A stretch of DNA of 64,000 nt from Anthoceros angustus. Lineage: Eukaryota > Plantae > Anthocerotophyta. Made by a program: the position numbers and the translations under genes. The DNA is taken from positions 372,001-436,000 of the forward strand of contig MU008156.1 in the NCBI GenBank assembly GCA_010909165.1. Direction: 5' to 3'. Of this stretch, positions 12,060 to 24,040 are shown in pieces; position 1 is the stretch's first letter; each line of letters begins with the position of its first letter. The notes below the pieces were generated by a model, which worked only from the letters and a program-made list of their open reading frames with translations, was not told the DNA's origin and made no database searches.

Positions 12060-12975
12060 TTTCTTTCGGTTTAGGTCCCGCCTTTGGGTAATTAACGTGC
12101 CCTCTAGGGAAACTCAGGGAACAAGTAGAGAATGAATGAATACACACACAGGAACATACATGCATAAACTCATCCCTCTGTAAAGGAGAACATCAATCTT
12201 CATTGAACAAACCTTAACAACCGTAGATCACACGATTATTAAAAGATATTTGCAAGAATGTGATTTTTTAAGTTGATGGTGCGGAGGAAATCTTTCGGTT
12301 TAGGTCTCGCCCTTTGGGTAATTTACGTGCCCTCTAGGGAAACCTGTAAGGAACAAGTAGAGAGAATGAATTCGTTAGCACACACAGGAATATACATGCA
12401 TAAACTCATCCCTCTGTAAAGCAGAACATCAATCTTCATTGAACAAACCTTAAGTAGATCACGATTATTAAAAGATATTTGCAAGAATGTGAAGTTCATG
12501 GTGCGGAGGAATCTATTTCGGTTTAGGTCTCGCCTTTGGGTAATTTCGTGCCCTCTAGGAAACAGAAGGGAAGAATGAATTCGTTAACACGCGAATACAC
12601 ATGCATACACCATCCCTCTATAAAGGAGAACATGAATCTTCATTGAACAAACCTTAACAATAGATCACGATTATTAAAAGATATTTGCAAGAATGGATAA
12701 GATTTGAAGTTCATAGTGGAGGAAATCTTTTGTTTAGGTCTCGCCTTTGGGTAATTTACGTGCCCTCTAGGAAACAGAGAACAAGTATAGAGAATGAATT
12801 CGTTAGCACACGCCGGAATATTTATGCGTACACCCATCCCTCTATAAAGGAGAACATCAATCTTCATTGAACAAACCTTAACAACCGTAGATCATAGAAT
12901 TATGAAAAGTTACATGCAAGAAGAATGGATAACAAGATTTGAAGTTCATAGTTGAGTTTCGATTTAAGTCTCGCC
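12060..12975. repeat. About 4.2 tandem copies of a ~225 bp AT-rich unit
   Basis: TTTCGGTTTAGGTC(C/T)CGCC variants at ~12064, 12293, 12516, 12728 and, partially, 12957. Confidence 0.9.
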
Positions 12976-13189
12976 CATTTATATCCCATGAGAAACTACA
13001 AATTTGGTAGGTTTTCACCAAGCTTCATGTTGACAACTACTAAATTGGTAAATTTTCAATGGCTGTGTGTCAATTGCTATATTGGCATCTATTCCAGAAA
13101 GAGATAGTGCTGTTGATTTCCGTTAAATTCATTTATATCTAGCATTAATTAATCTAATGATTTATTATTAAATAAGTAATTAGTATTAA

Positions 13190-13585
13190 TTAACATGAAG
13201 TTGTTATGTTAATTAAGCATTGATTAGTGTTAATTAAACATGGTTAGCAATAGCTAAGTGGATAAACACAAGTAATATGCTTTAGCATATTCCTTGCATA
13301 TTATAGTGTATTCTTTGGATATTTCCGACATATGCCGATGCCAATAGGATATCTTAGGAATATGCCAATGCCAAGGGCTAGTATATCTATATAGACCCTT
13401 TTACAAAGGACAACCTCACATCATAGCTTGTCCTCTATATATGCAACGCAAGAGTGTTGTGAGGAGGCCAAACCCATCACTCCGAGACCCATGTGCGAGC
13501 AATTTGCGTGTTGTTCTCGTGGGGAGAGTGTGTTTGTGCCACAACGTCCAAGCTACTCTCTCCTAGTGTTACAAATTGGTTTGCA
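13190..13585 (+). mobile_element. Possible LTR followed by a primer-binding-site-like sequence
   Basis: TATA-like CTATATAT motifs, an end at ...GTGTTACA, then AAT-TGGT. No matching second LTR was identified. Confidence 0.3.
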
Positions 13586-14194
13586 CCTATATTTGCATAT
13601 TAGATTTGTTTTGCTTGGTTGTCTGTCGAGGAAGTGCTCACATGAATGCAATTGCTTACCTCGTGCGACAGGCCCCTTAGACTGCGCCGCAAGGCATCTA
13701 GCACGGCGCTTGAGCTTGGTCCTCTCAACCCGCATCCAGGCCTCTCATTTCCTAATCCCCTGGGGATTATCGCATCTTGAAGGCCTTCGTCTCGGGCGTC
13801 GAGGAGGGTGCCTTCCCCTTGTATGCTTGTCCTTAAGATTGGCTAGGGGTGTCCTATCCTCTGAGGCTAGGGCGGTCATGCCGCTCCTCGTTCTCGCGGA
13901 CGGCTGCGTGGGCTTGGCCTCCCTCCATGAGAAGCGATATGGGCACATGCACTGGCTCGCCTCCGATTCCTCCGTTCCTTGACCACCGAGCTCGCCTCGC
14001 TCTTGCTTGGGGAAGGGAGCAGGTTCATGGTTTCTAGCGCGACCTTGCATCAAGGTATTTCGAGTCGCACCGGCTTCTTTTTCTACCGCGATGAAGTTCC
14101 GCCTGGGTTTGGTCCAACCTTTGGCCTACTCTGTTTAGACCTGCCGTCATAGCCCCTCGCTCTCCAGCTGGCGGGCAGCGCATTACATTCTCGA

Positions 14195-14290
14195 TGGCCA
14201 GGGGGGACCAGGTTTCCGTTGTGGGTGTGGTCGTAACAGACCTTGCCTAGGACACCGTCTGGAAGCACATCATCAGCGCATTGCTACGCA
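14195..14290 (+). mobile_element. Second fragment of the RLE-type non-LTR family
   Basis: GTGGTCGTAACAGACCTTGCC..GACACCGTCTG is nearly identical to the reverse complement of ~10625-10670 (VVVTDLA.DTV). Confidence 0.6.
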
Positions 14291-15533
14291 TCACGCCGTC
14301 TGCGACGTCATGTTTTCGATGGCCAAGGGGGGACCAGGTTTTGCCTGAGAAAACCCATCACACAAGAAAAGGGGGAGACCAACCGCATTCCTGCGGCTGT
14401 GATAGTTCTTTCTGGTAGAAGGCCTGGGAGTACTGGTATGTGGGGGCTGGCATGTCGGCGCTGTGCCCTTGGCTTTTACTCGAAGGAGCGCTGGCATGTC
14501 GGCATTGTGCCCTTGGTTTTTTCTCGAAGGAGTGCTGGCATGCCGGCACCTTAACAGAAACTCAACTTAATTAGTATAAAAACTACAAGTTGGATCTCGA
14601 ACTCGCGACCTATGATTCTTAGCCAAGTTTTTTACCACTTTACCAACTCTAGGAGACAACAAAACTTTAAGACGCGCAAATAATATATACTGATGAAGGC
14701 GCCAATATGCTAGCACCCTATGCTGTTATGCTCCCTCCATAGGGCGCCGGCATGCCGGCGTACTTAGCTAGGTTTTCTGTGAGCGCCGGTGTGCATGTGC
14801 CCGTATTAACACTAGGGCTTACAACCACTTGTCGTGCACCCATGCACATTATGACTGACATACATTAGGCCATATGTCGCTTGCTTGCGCAACAGAATGA
14901 GAAAGGACATACCACCTTTGACACTTCCAATCATGACGTAACCTTGGTCGTTCACAAAGATGGTGTCCAACACACAAAACACATGTTCAATTGCTATGAC
15001 CTCCGTAAAAAGATAGTCGCGGCCTACAGTGAGCTCAGAATAGGGAAGAAACTTGGCCGTGTCATGTCTCTTCACCTTCCAATTCCAGTACAATTAGCGA
15101 TCATGAATATTAGCACATGGGTAATTTCAAACAGCGTACTTATAAAACCGTTGAAATTTGAAAATAATTTTCATGATTTTGAGTTCAAGATTATAAATTA
15201 TTAAAATAAAGGGATTTTAAACCGAACCAATTATGTATCAATTTTACAATACAAACTATGTTGGCCAAAATAAAGAAGCATGACTCGAACTAGTAACCTC
15301 AAATTTTTATCTCTCTCATTTCAAACCATATTACCTATTCCCTAAACACTAGGAAAAATTTACCTTTAAAGGGAACCAGCATGCTGGCGCCTTAAACCCA
15401 AGACCCTAGAGGTCTTGGATTTGTGAACAAGATCTTGTTCACAAACCTCCGGTTTTACCCTTCGTTAACTTTCCTATGTACAAAATGAATGAAGCACAAA
15501 GTACATGTTGAAATGAGGACGCGGGCAAGCCGG

Positions 15534-15860
15534 CACCATGGTTCAAGGAACTTAACTTCCTTGCAAACCTGTGGTTCAAGGAACTTAACTTCCTTGCAAA
15601 CCCGTGGTTCAAGGAACTTAACTTCCTTGCAAACCCGTGGTTCAAGGAACTTAACTTCCTTGCAAACCCGTAGTTCAAGGAACTTAACTTCCTTGCAAAC
15701 CTGTGGTTCAAGGAACTTAACTTCCTTGCAAACCCGTGGTTCAAGGAACTTAACTTCCTTGCAAACCCGTGGTTCAAGGAACTTAACTTCCTTGCAAACC
15801 CCTGTTTCATGGAACTGCAAACCTGTGGTTCAAGGAACTTAATTTCCTTGAACCATGGTG
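15534..15860. repeat. 33-bp tandem array (8 full units plus 2 partial) bounded by a 17-bp inverted repeat
   Basis: Unit TGGTTCAAGGAACTTAACTTCCTTGCAAACC(C/T)G starts at 15539, 15572, 15605, 15638, 15671, 15704, 15737 and 15770. The ends are CACCATGGTTCAAGGAA (15534-15550) and TTCCTTGAACCATGGTG (15844-15860). Confidence 0.95.
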
Positions 15861-16049
15861 GTGGTGATACTGCAGGGGTGCGGGGATACAGTTCGGACCT
15901 AGTCCATGGTAGTTGCATCTCATTTCAATTTGGCAATTGGATGCTTGAGTCTTGTCAGTCTAGGCTCTGCTTCGAACAATCTTTGCTTTCAACCCCCTAC
16001 CGCGGCTCCGATGTTGTGCTGCACTTGTTACCAATTCGTGGGCTTTTCT

Positions 16050-16430
16050 TTTGGATATTTCTCTTTTCTTTAAGTCGATATGGAAGTTGCGCAGAAGTCC
16101 TTTCAGATCAAGGGAATGAGTTCAAGAGTGACTTCCAAGCTCTGATGGATAAGAGTCTGATCGACCATTGCAGGACCTCTCATGACCATCCCCAGGCTGA
16201 TGGGTTGGCCGAAAGGCTGGTACAAACATTCAAAGATGCCTTGAGGAAGTACTGCATTGAGGCGGATGCAAGCGGTTAGGATGAGTTGCTTCCCTACATA
16301 GCACTTGGCTATCGTATTAGTATGCAAGCTACCCTTGGAAACTTCAGTCCTTATTATTTGATGTTTGGAAGAAACACAGCTCTGCCTAACATAGTACAAG
16401 ATAGGTATTCAAGGCCAGTAGATTGGAGCC
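16050..16430 (+). mobile_element. Ty3/gypsy integrase core fragment
   Basis: EVLSDQGNEF...TSHDHPQADGLAERLVQTFK...SPYYLMFGR, with an in-frame stop. Confidence 0.9.
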
Positions 16431-18182
16431 GTGATCTAGGGTCAGACAACAGTCTTTAGTCGGGCGAGTCCGTGGAGGTCAAGCTCTGACTGAAGAAGAG
16501 GAAGATAATCTGCATCCTCCTCCCCCACCAATCTATGAGACCAGCATCTCCAAGCGTTTTGCTTCCCGCTGGTTTTGGTTTTGGTAGCTCCAGGTGCAAA
16601 CTCCGGTTCTCTCATGCTGTTTGTTCACCAACTTTTGCAAGGGGTTTGTTCGCGGGATAAGGATTTTGCCTAGTTCTTCTTTTACTTTGCTGCTTTGGTA
16701 GTTAGCCGATAAGTCTATTTTCCAGGCTTGTCAAATACTTGTTTAAATGAAAAGCCTACTTTGGAAGCTTACCCAAACTGTGAAGCTTAGTGCATCACAA
16801 ACTTTGACATGAGCCGTGACCTATTGTGGCTGTCCTCACAAACTCTGACATGAGCCATGACCTAATGTGGCCATAGACAGCAATGCTGCCTCATGGCGCG
16901 ACATCTATCGTGGCATAGACTGACAAGAGGCTTTGTACATAATAAAGCTGTAGGTTGTATAGCTAGGACAACACGATGGATGATGCCAGGGGTGTATGGT
17001 ATGTGTATGTACATGTGACCGATATATGTGTATGTAGCATGTGGATGGATGTATGGCATGTGGCATGTGGATGGGCATGGACATAAGGATTTGTCCATAG
17101 ATATTAGTCTTAGAATATTAAGATTAATATAAAAGGCATCAAGAGAGCTTGCCGGCCTCGAGCTGGTCCAGCTTCCCTTGGGGTGTCTCCGACATGGCAG
17201 TAAGAGCTTGTATAAATTCTCCACCAAAACCCTAAACCCTAAATCCAAGTGACGGAGTCCCAATTTGGACATGAAGTGCACTACGTCTAATGAAGTGCAC
17301 TACTGTCTAAACTTCAATTCTGACTTGGATACTCTTGATGTATGCACACAGGTTAGTCCGAGCTCATCTTTGAAGCACTGCCACGACCATTTCAAGTAGC
17401 AAGCATTTTCTGCATTCAAAGCTCACATTGATGTGCTGCCATGTCCTTGCAGCTTGCTAGCTTGCCTTACAGCTCCGACGGGTCTCTTCCCGGTGGCCTG
17501 GAATGCTCGAGGATTTCCTGCTTCCTACTCTCATGGCTAAACTTTTTTTGTCGACTCCTTTTCCGTCTCTCGTTGGTTTACAGTGCAGTATATGCATAGA
17601 AAATGGAAGACAAATGGTTCAGATAGGGGCAATATGTGCGCAATATATGCCCTTTGCCGCGATAGCCCAGGCATTGACACAGCTTCTGTTTCTCGAGAGG
17701 TAAGAGTTGCAAACAGCCATTCTCAAGACCAAGTTCGGTCTTTCAGGACGAGAAAAACCCTGGATTGAATGCATAACAACGCCGCCTCGTAATACATGGA
17801 ACCAGACGTACTGTCTGTGGACTTGTTGTGCCAGAGCACGCAGATCACTACCTACTTAAATACAGAACTTGCAGTACTGTTTACAATTCTTTTTCTTGTT
17901 TAGTGACCATTGTCACGACCACTTTCTAGGGAAGGACATTGCACACATGGGAAAGTGAAATAGCCTTTCTTAGGAGAAAGAACATGGTGGATGCCAAACC
18001 CGGCAACTGCAGTCCAAACCATGGCATATATGCCTCTTTGGCTAGCGGCCTCGAGAAGAGGAGAATGGGAAGGAAGTGACTGGGGAGGAGGAAGCGCAGG
18101 GGCCCTAAGGAAGGGATCTTAAGTGACAGAAAGAAGCATCCGTTGGTCACTATGCTCACATGTGGAAGAGAATTGTTACACA

Positions 18183-20176
18183 CTAGTAGAGATGGAGCGG
18201 CAATCGAGGGGTTGGAACTACTTTAAGGTGACACTTCATTGGGACCGCCAGTCCGAATTGGTCAGACATGTCTAGGTCTTCTGGTTTTTGTCCTTGTGGG
18301 AGACTCCAGTCGAAGCTGTGGACCAGCTTAGCAAGGAAGAAGCTGGATACAGTCATGCCCAGAGCGGCGGCAGGGCAGCTCCTTCTGCCGCTTCCGAAAG
18401 GGAGCATGTCGAAGTTTTGTCCTTTGATATCAATGTCTCTGTGCAGGATGGCAACAAGCAGCTGAAATCAGATGGGGTATACACCATCGGACTAGTAGAC
18501 AGGCTGTGAAGGTTCAGGACCTGAGCAAGGAAAACGTTTTGATGTAGATCAGCTAGACATACTTACCTTTCTATGAATCTCTCTGGCCGGAACTCGAGAG
18601 GAGTATCCCAAGCTTCCGGGCTTCTGTGAATGCTCCACGAGCTGACGAAGACAGTGGTATTGACAGGAATGTCGTAGTCCCCAAGTGTGCAGTCTTGCGT
18701 GGCGTAATGTGGGATAAGGAAGGGAGCGGGGGGATGCAGTCGCACAGCCTCCTTCCAAACAGCTTGGAGGTAGGTAAGACTAACTACATCCGATTCCTGC
18801 AATTGCCGGTCCCTCCCGACAACGGAATCCATCTCTTGCAGTGCCTTCTTCATCATGTGCGGGTTCCGGAGCAGATACGCAAAAGCCCATTCTGCTACCA
18901 CGACAGAGGGTTCAACTCCAGCAAGCAAAATATCCTGAGCCATGACAGTGAGCATGTGAACTTGGTGGGGTGTGACGGGTCGAGAGAGAGACATTCAGAG
19001 GTCCGTTAGGATGAAATTCAAGCATAAACGTAGCTTCCATGTACCGTGAGCATTCCTTTCATGGCCTGATCTTTGTCGACGCCTTCTTCCCCCGGGAGCG
19101 TCAGCAGCACATCAACGAAACTCTGTGGTGACCAATTGCTGGTTTGTATCATTCGCTGCCGATGTTTTTCAATGATCGTGGACAGGAAGGAGCTCAGTCT
19201 GGTTCGGAGCTTGCGCATGGCCCTGATGCTGAATGCGTCCAGAAATCCCAGGAATGGAATGTTGTCCCCTACCAATGGCATTCCCAGCAGCCTGTTCACG
19301 TCAGATATTACCGACAAGTACTCCGCTGCCTCCTGCGGATGTACCTGCAAGCCGGCGCCGTTGATGGGCACCACAAAAAAACAGGATCATGAGATGGACA
19401 CGTTTGTGCACGATTCAATTGGAGCAAGATCGAAGAGAAGCTGTGGAGCTAACCAGATCGGATTTCTGTCCAATCTGTTGTCCATGCTCGAACGCACAGA
19501 AGCGCTCGCTCATCAGCATCCGGGTCAAGTTGTTCATTGTAAGAGACGTTCCTAAGGCGAAGATGTTGACCTCTCCCGGACTCTTATGCAAGACAAATCT
19601 CATTGCAGCCGCCAGTTCCTCTTCTCTGAATTGCTGAAACCGTTCAAATCTCTTGGGCGTAAACAGCTCCGTCACCATGATCTTCCTGACAATGAACGAC
19701 ATCAATCACCGGCATAATCCGATTCCGTACTATTCACAGCAAGGTTGCACGGGTTTGCAAAACATAAGTGAGGCCTACCTCACATACTGGTGCCTGGATC
19801 CGTAGGCTTGAAATCCGCATGTTCCTTCCTGGAAAGCCAGGTATCGGTAGGCTTGAAGGGGAGCCCGAGAAGCGAAACTGCGGTCCTGCACTTTCAGCAC
19901 CTCTCTGGCCATGTCCGCAGATGAAATGACGACAGCTAGGTTTGAGCCCAAGCGGAGGGACATGACAGGACCGTGCTCCTTGGCCAGCTCCGCAAGGCGA
20001 GCATGCGGCCTGTCAGTTGCGAAAATGGAGAGGTTTCCAATCACTGGCCATGCTGGTGGGCCTGGAGGAAGGCGCAGCTTCCTTGTGCTGCTTGACCGTT
20101 TGCCAGGTAAGCCGGCAAAATGCACGACAGTCAGCAATCCCACCACAAGAAGCAGGACTACATGGATCAAGTCCAT
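18183..20176 (-). CDS. Cytochrome P450, 71-clan type, 5 exons
   Basis: Exons 20176-19779, 19685-19454, 19344-19045, 18934-18567 and 18438-18183, all with GT-AG introns. Membrane anchor plus PPGPPAWP hinge, KEAVR (ExxR), PERF, and heme motif PFGSGRRSCPA. The I-helix reads AGVEPS. Confidence 0.92.
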
Positions 20177-21911
20177 GACGTAACCGCTTCTTGCTTCTCA
20201 AGCCTTGCAATCGTACAGCAAAACAGGACTCTCTCTGGTGAATCAGAATTCTAGCTGGAGAGCTTGCATGTGCTGCTGAGGCCTTCGTAGCTTGGAGTCT
20301 GGAACCAGCTCCACTACATCTGCGAGTGCTTGGAACGGATTGAACGATATGTAGCATGTGGCCCGAATTTCGTAGAAGGGAGAACTCCTTGGTGCTTGTT
20401 GCCTGATTCCTCATTCACACGGGCGGCAATTGATTTGACTGTCCTATATTCCTTTGGCTTGCAGATGTCAGCCATACTTTTCATCAGACACGGAAAAACA
20501 CATTGATCAGCTGAGAAAGTGTTGCGGCGGGCGTTCCGCAGCATCTTGGCGGTTGTTCGAGATCCTTGTCTTTCTATCACCAGAGTTGTGGCCCGAATCA
20601 CTCGCGTGTGCGAGACTGAGAACGCGGTCAGACAGAAATGCAGCAGGTGCTCCGGCATCGCGATTGTTACGGAGATCATACGAGGAAGTTCGCAATTCCA
20701 GTCCGCCAAATTGGCAAGTTGTAAAATTCCTCCGTCGTCGTCACAGTTTTCTGTGTCCTTGTGGGGAGATGCTGGACAGTGGACGATAGTATCAGTTGCT
20801 CTATCCAATATGAGCGGTATCAAACGCTCAACTTGGAGATCAGTTTTTAGTGATAAGCGTTCAAGAGAGCTACGCTTAGAATTACGATCCGGACAAAGGC
20901 ATCACACTCTGTCGACAACCGAAGTCTCACAAGTTTGGCCAGAAAGCCGCTGGAGCCTAATGAAGGCACGGGTGTCAATCCCAAGTTCCAACCTCACGAC
21001 ATCTCTCAGGTGGCATGAGAAGAGGGGCTGAGGTGATGGGCAACCAGTGCAGATAAGTATTTAGGGCTTCTGCTTTCTGGCCATGGAACTGTCACTGACC
21101 ACACCGCTGGCAAGGCTAAGCCTACCTACATCTCCTTCTACGTTTGATTTGATTTGCGCCCGAGCACTGCTATCTGCTTCATCAAGAACAGGCTGTGTCA
21201 CACAGGAGATAATCTCTTCTCTGTGTGTTGTTCGGTTGGTCGGGCCCTTGTGGTTGGAGCTTACCCTCTAGCTCCACCACAAGGTTCTTCTCCCCCCCCT
21301 CTCTGTCCCTGCATATCTGACTCATGTTGGAAGCTTAATCTCTAGCTTCCACTTGGGACTGCCCACCTTCACTGCCCTACTTCACTACCTTAGTTCACTG
21401 CCTTGCTCTTGCTTGCACTGGGCCTCCACGTCGAGGGCGAGGCAACCCTAAACCCCCAACTACAAGGCAACAATACTTGATCCGCTCTTCATTCCTCTGC
21501 ATTACGTTGTGTTTGGGTGCAGTAGTTATGGGTTCAATTACTTCTAAACAGTAAGCATCTCTACACTACGATATCTTACCGGCTTAGGCCGCTGGTTTAA
21601 GGTTTTGGTACTCCACTTTCCCCTTCCTCCTGCTGCACTTCTGGGACCCAACACGTACCACCTTCCACTACCCTGCTAACCCTTTGACTAGGAGAAAAAT
21701 CTGGGTGGGTGCCAGAGCCCAACCCTCGTCCAGACCAGGGCACATTGTAGGCCTCTTCGTCTATTGGCCTAGCTAAGAAGGAAATTGGAAGGAAGCGCCT
21801 GGAGAGGGAGGAAGAGCAGGAGCCCTAAGGAAGGGATCTTGAGTGACAGGAAGACGCATCCCTTGGTTAGTGGTCACTATGTCCACATGAATAGAGAATG
21901 GATATTATACA

Positions 21912-22545
21912 CTAACAGATATGGAGCGGCAAGCGAGCGGTTGGAACTGCTTTAAGGTGACACTTCATCGGTGCAGTAAGTCCAAATTCGTCAGACATGT
22001 CTAGGTCTTCTGGCTGTTTTCCTTGTGGAAGGCACCAGTCGAAGCTGTGGACCAGCTTAGCCAGGATGAAGCTGGATACAGTCATGCCCAGAGCGGTGGC
22101 AGGGCAGTTCCTAGCTCCTGCCACTTCCGAAAGGGAGTACGTCGAAGTTTTGTCCTGTTACATCAATGTCTCTGTGCAGGATGGCAACAAGCAGCTACAA
22201 TCAGATGGGTGCAGAAGACAGATTAGCTGACAGACTGCGAGGCTTCGGAATCTGAGCAATGGAAACCTTTTGCTGTAGACCAGCTAGACATACTTACCTT
22301 TCGATGAATCTCGCTGGCCAGAACTCGAGAGGACTATCTGTGAATATTCCACACGCTGACGAAGACAGTGGTATTGACAGGAATGTCGTATTCCCCAACT
22401 GTGCAGTCTTGCGTGGAGTAATGTGGGATAGGAAGGGTGCGACGGGATGCAGTCGCAAAGCCTCCTTCCAAACAGCTCGGAGGTAGGTGAGACTAGCTAC
22501 ATCTGATTCCTGCAATTGGCGGTTCCTCCCGACAACCGAGTGCAT
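21912..22545 (-). pseudogene. 3' half of a paralogous P450 (last two exons), frameshifted
   Basis: Homologous to 18183-18830, and the 3' flank 21730-21911 resembles 18020-18182. Frameshift in the heme motif (PFGSGRS*), WPARF instead of RPERF, and the 5' half is missing. Confidence 0.9.
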
Positions 22546-22574
22546 GGGTTTACACTCCTGAGCCGCATCGGGAG

Positions 22575-24040
22575 ATGGAGCTGCTGGCGAGCGCACTGTG
22601 GATGCCAGTGCTGCTTGCAGCTCTGGGATTCCTTACAACCGCGGCAGCTACCCCACTGCAGGCTGATTTCTCGAACTGCAATCCCAAGCCGGTGTGGAAT
22701 GAATCCGGGACAGGCGTTCTGAAGCCCAACTGCTGCACGCTGGAGGCGCTGATGCGCAAGCCTGAGCCGCTGTACAAGACATGGCATCAGTACTTGGAGC
22801 AGAGCGGTCTTCAGGACAGGCCAATGCGAGTGCGTCCGGCCGCGCATCTCATCGCAGACAACGAAACCTACCTGCAGCAGCTGGACCTGACATTCAGGCT
22901 GCACAAGGCGCTTCCGGACGTCGACCCAAGGTCCCAGATTTCGCAGATGAACTTCCACTGCCTGTATGGCTCTCCTGGCGTGGCGCACCAGGTTGGCTAC
23001 CAGTACAAGAACTACCACGTCCACAACAATTGGTACATCTTCCCATTCCACCGCTGGTAAGCTCTATGCATTTTAAGCTCAAGAGATGGCATATAATTTT
23101 GTTTTTGCAGCCAATGATGCGCTTTCCATTTCACCCTGGCCTCGGCTGCAAAAGTGGTTCACCTTCTTCTACGAGAGGATGCCGGCCAAGTTGGTAAGCG
23201 ATGACTCCTTTGTTCTGCCCTTCTAGAACTGGGACAATAAGATCACCAACTCTAAGCACCTTCCCAACACTGTTCCCCACTACTTCCGCAATCTTGGCAA
23301 GTACCCGGGTTTGTATCACAAGTATGGCGATCCTCGCCACCGTCCTGAAGCGGAGCCTGCCATCATCAATCTCCTTCGCTACACTGTCCAATCGGGGTTT
23401 TCTCCCACGACAGCCCAGGAGGTGGCTCGGGCTCGTGCACTGAACAAGGCGCACCTGCGAAGCGTGATCGTGGACAGCACCGCCAACGGCAGCAGGCCTG
23501 GAGTCTTCCTCTCAGACCCGATGCGATTAGGAGACAACATTCCCAACGTCGACATGATGGAGCCTCGGATTCGAAGCGCAAGCGCATAAGGCTGTGCATT
23601 TGTGGTTGGGAGACCCGTCCCACGCGTACGCGGACATGGGATTGATTAGCGATGCTGTTCGAGACCCGCTCTCCTTTCCCCACCACGCCAACGCTGACAG
23701 AATATGGAACATCTGGATGGTAGGGTGCTTGGAATGGAACCATGGATGCCCGACATCATCAATTAATTCTTGAACTTCCCATATGAGACTGACTTTGTGG
23801 TGCATTGTTCAGGGACTGGAGGGCAGGCGCAATTATGATGACCCCGACCTCCTGGACGCTGCCTTCTACTTCTACGATGAGAATGCGGAGGTTGTGAGAG
23901 TCACTGTTGCTGAGTGTCTCAATTTCGACCTCCTGAAATACACCTACCAAGACGTGGAGAACGAGTGGGTCACCTATGACGCATCAGCCGATTCAGCCCT
24001 TTTCCTCGACAACCCATCTCCAGCGCGTTCCCAAGCATGA
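22575..24040 (+). pseudogene. PPO: Polyphenol oxidase (type-3 copper tyrosinase domain plus DWL domain) with a signal-peptide-like N-terminus; disrupted
   Basis: CuA region DPRSQISQMNFHCLY...HVHNNWYIFPFHRW. LPF*NWD has TAG in place of Trp. A frameshift precedes CuB HKAVHLWLGDP...RDPLSFPHHANADRIW. DWL domain DPDLLDAAFYFYDENAEVVRVTVAECL. Two introns. Confidence 0.88.

Noticed and set aside
15534-15860. CRISPR array (33-bp palindromic repeats)
   Set aside because: The units are directly adjacent with no unique spacers, there are no cas genes, and the context is eukaryotic.
17225-17246. Interstitial telomere (also at ~9298, ~21445, ~62578)
   Set aside because: Only 1-2 AAACCCT units each, consistent with telo-boxes or chance matches.
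20314-21031. Overlapping ~170 aa ORFs upstream of the P450, with a faint PPR-like phrase (ADQCVFPCLMKS)
   Set aside because: A single weak motif with no repeat periodicity or splice support, so no product can be assigned.
23228-23233. RNA editing rescuing the PPO TAG stop
   Set aside because: It would need A-to-I editing of a nuclear mRNA, whereas plant editing is organellar C/U. The gene also has a frameshift and a damaged splice acceptor. Coordinates are approximate.
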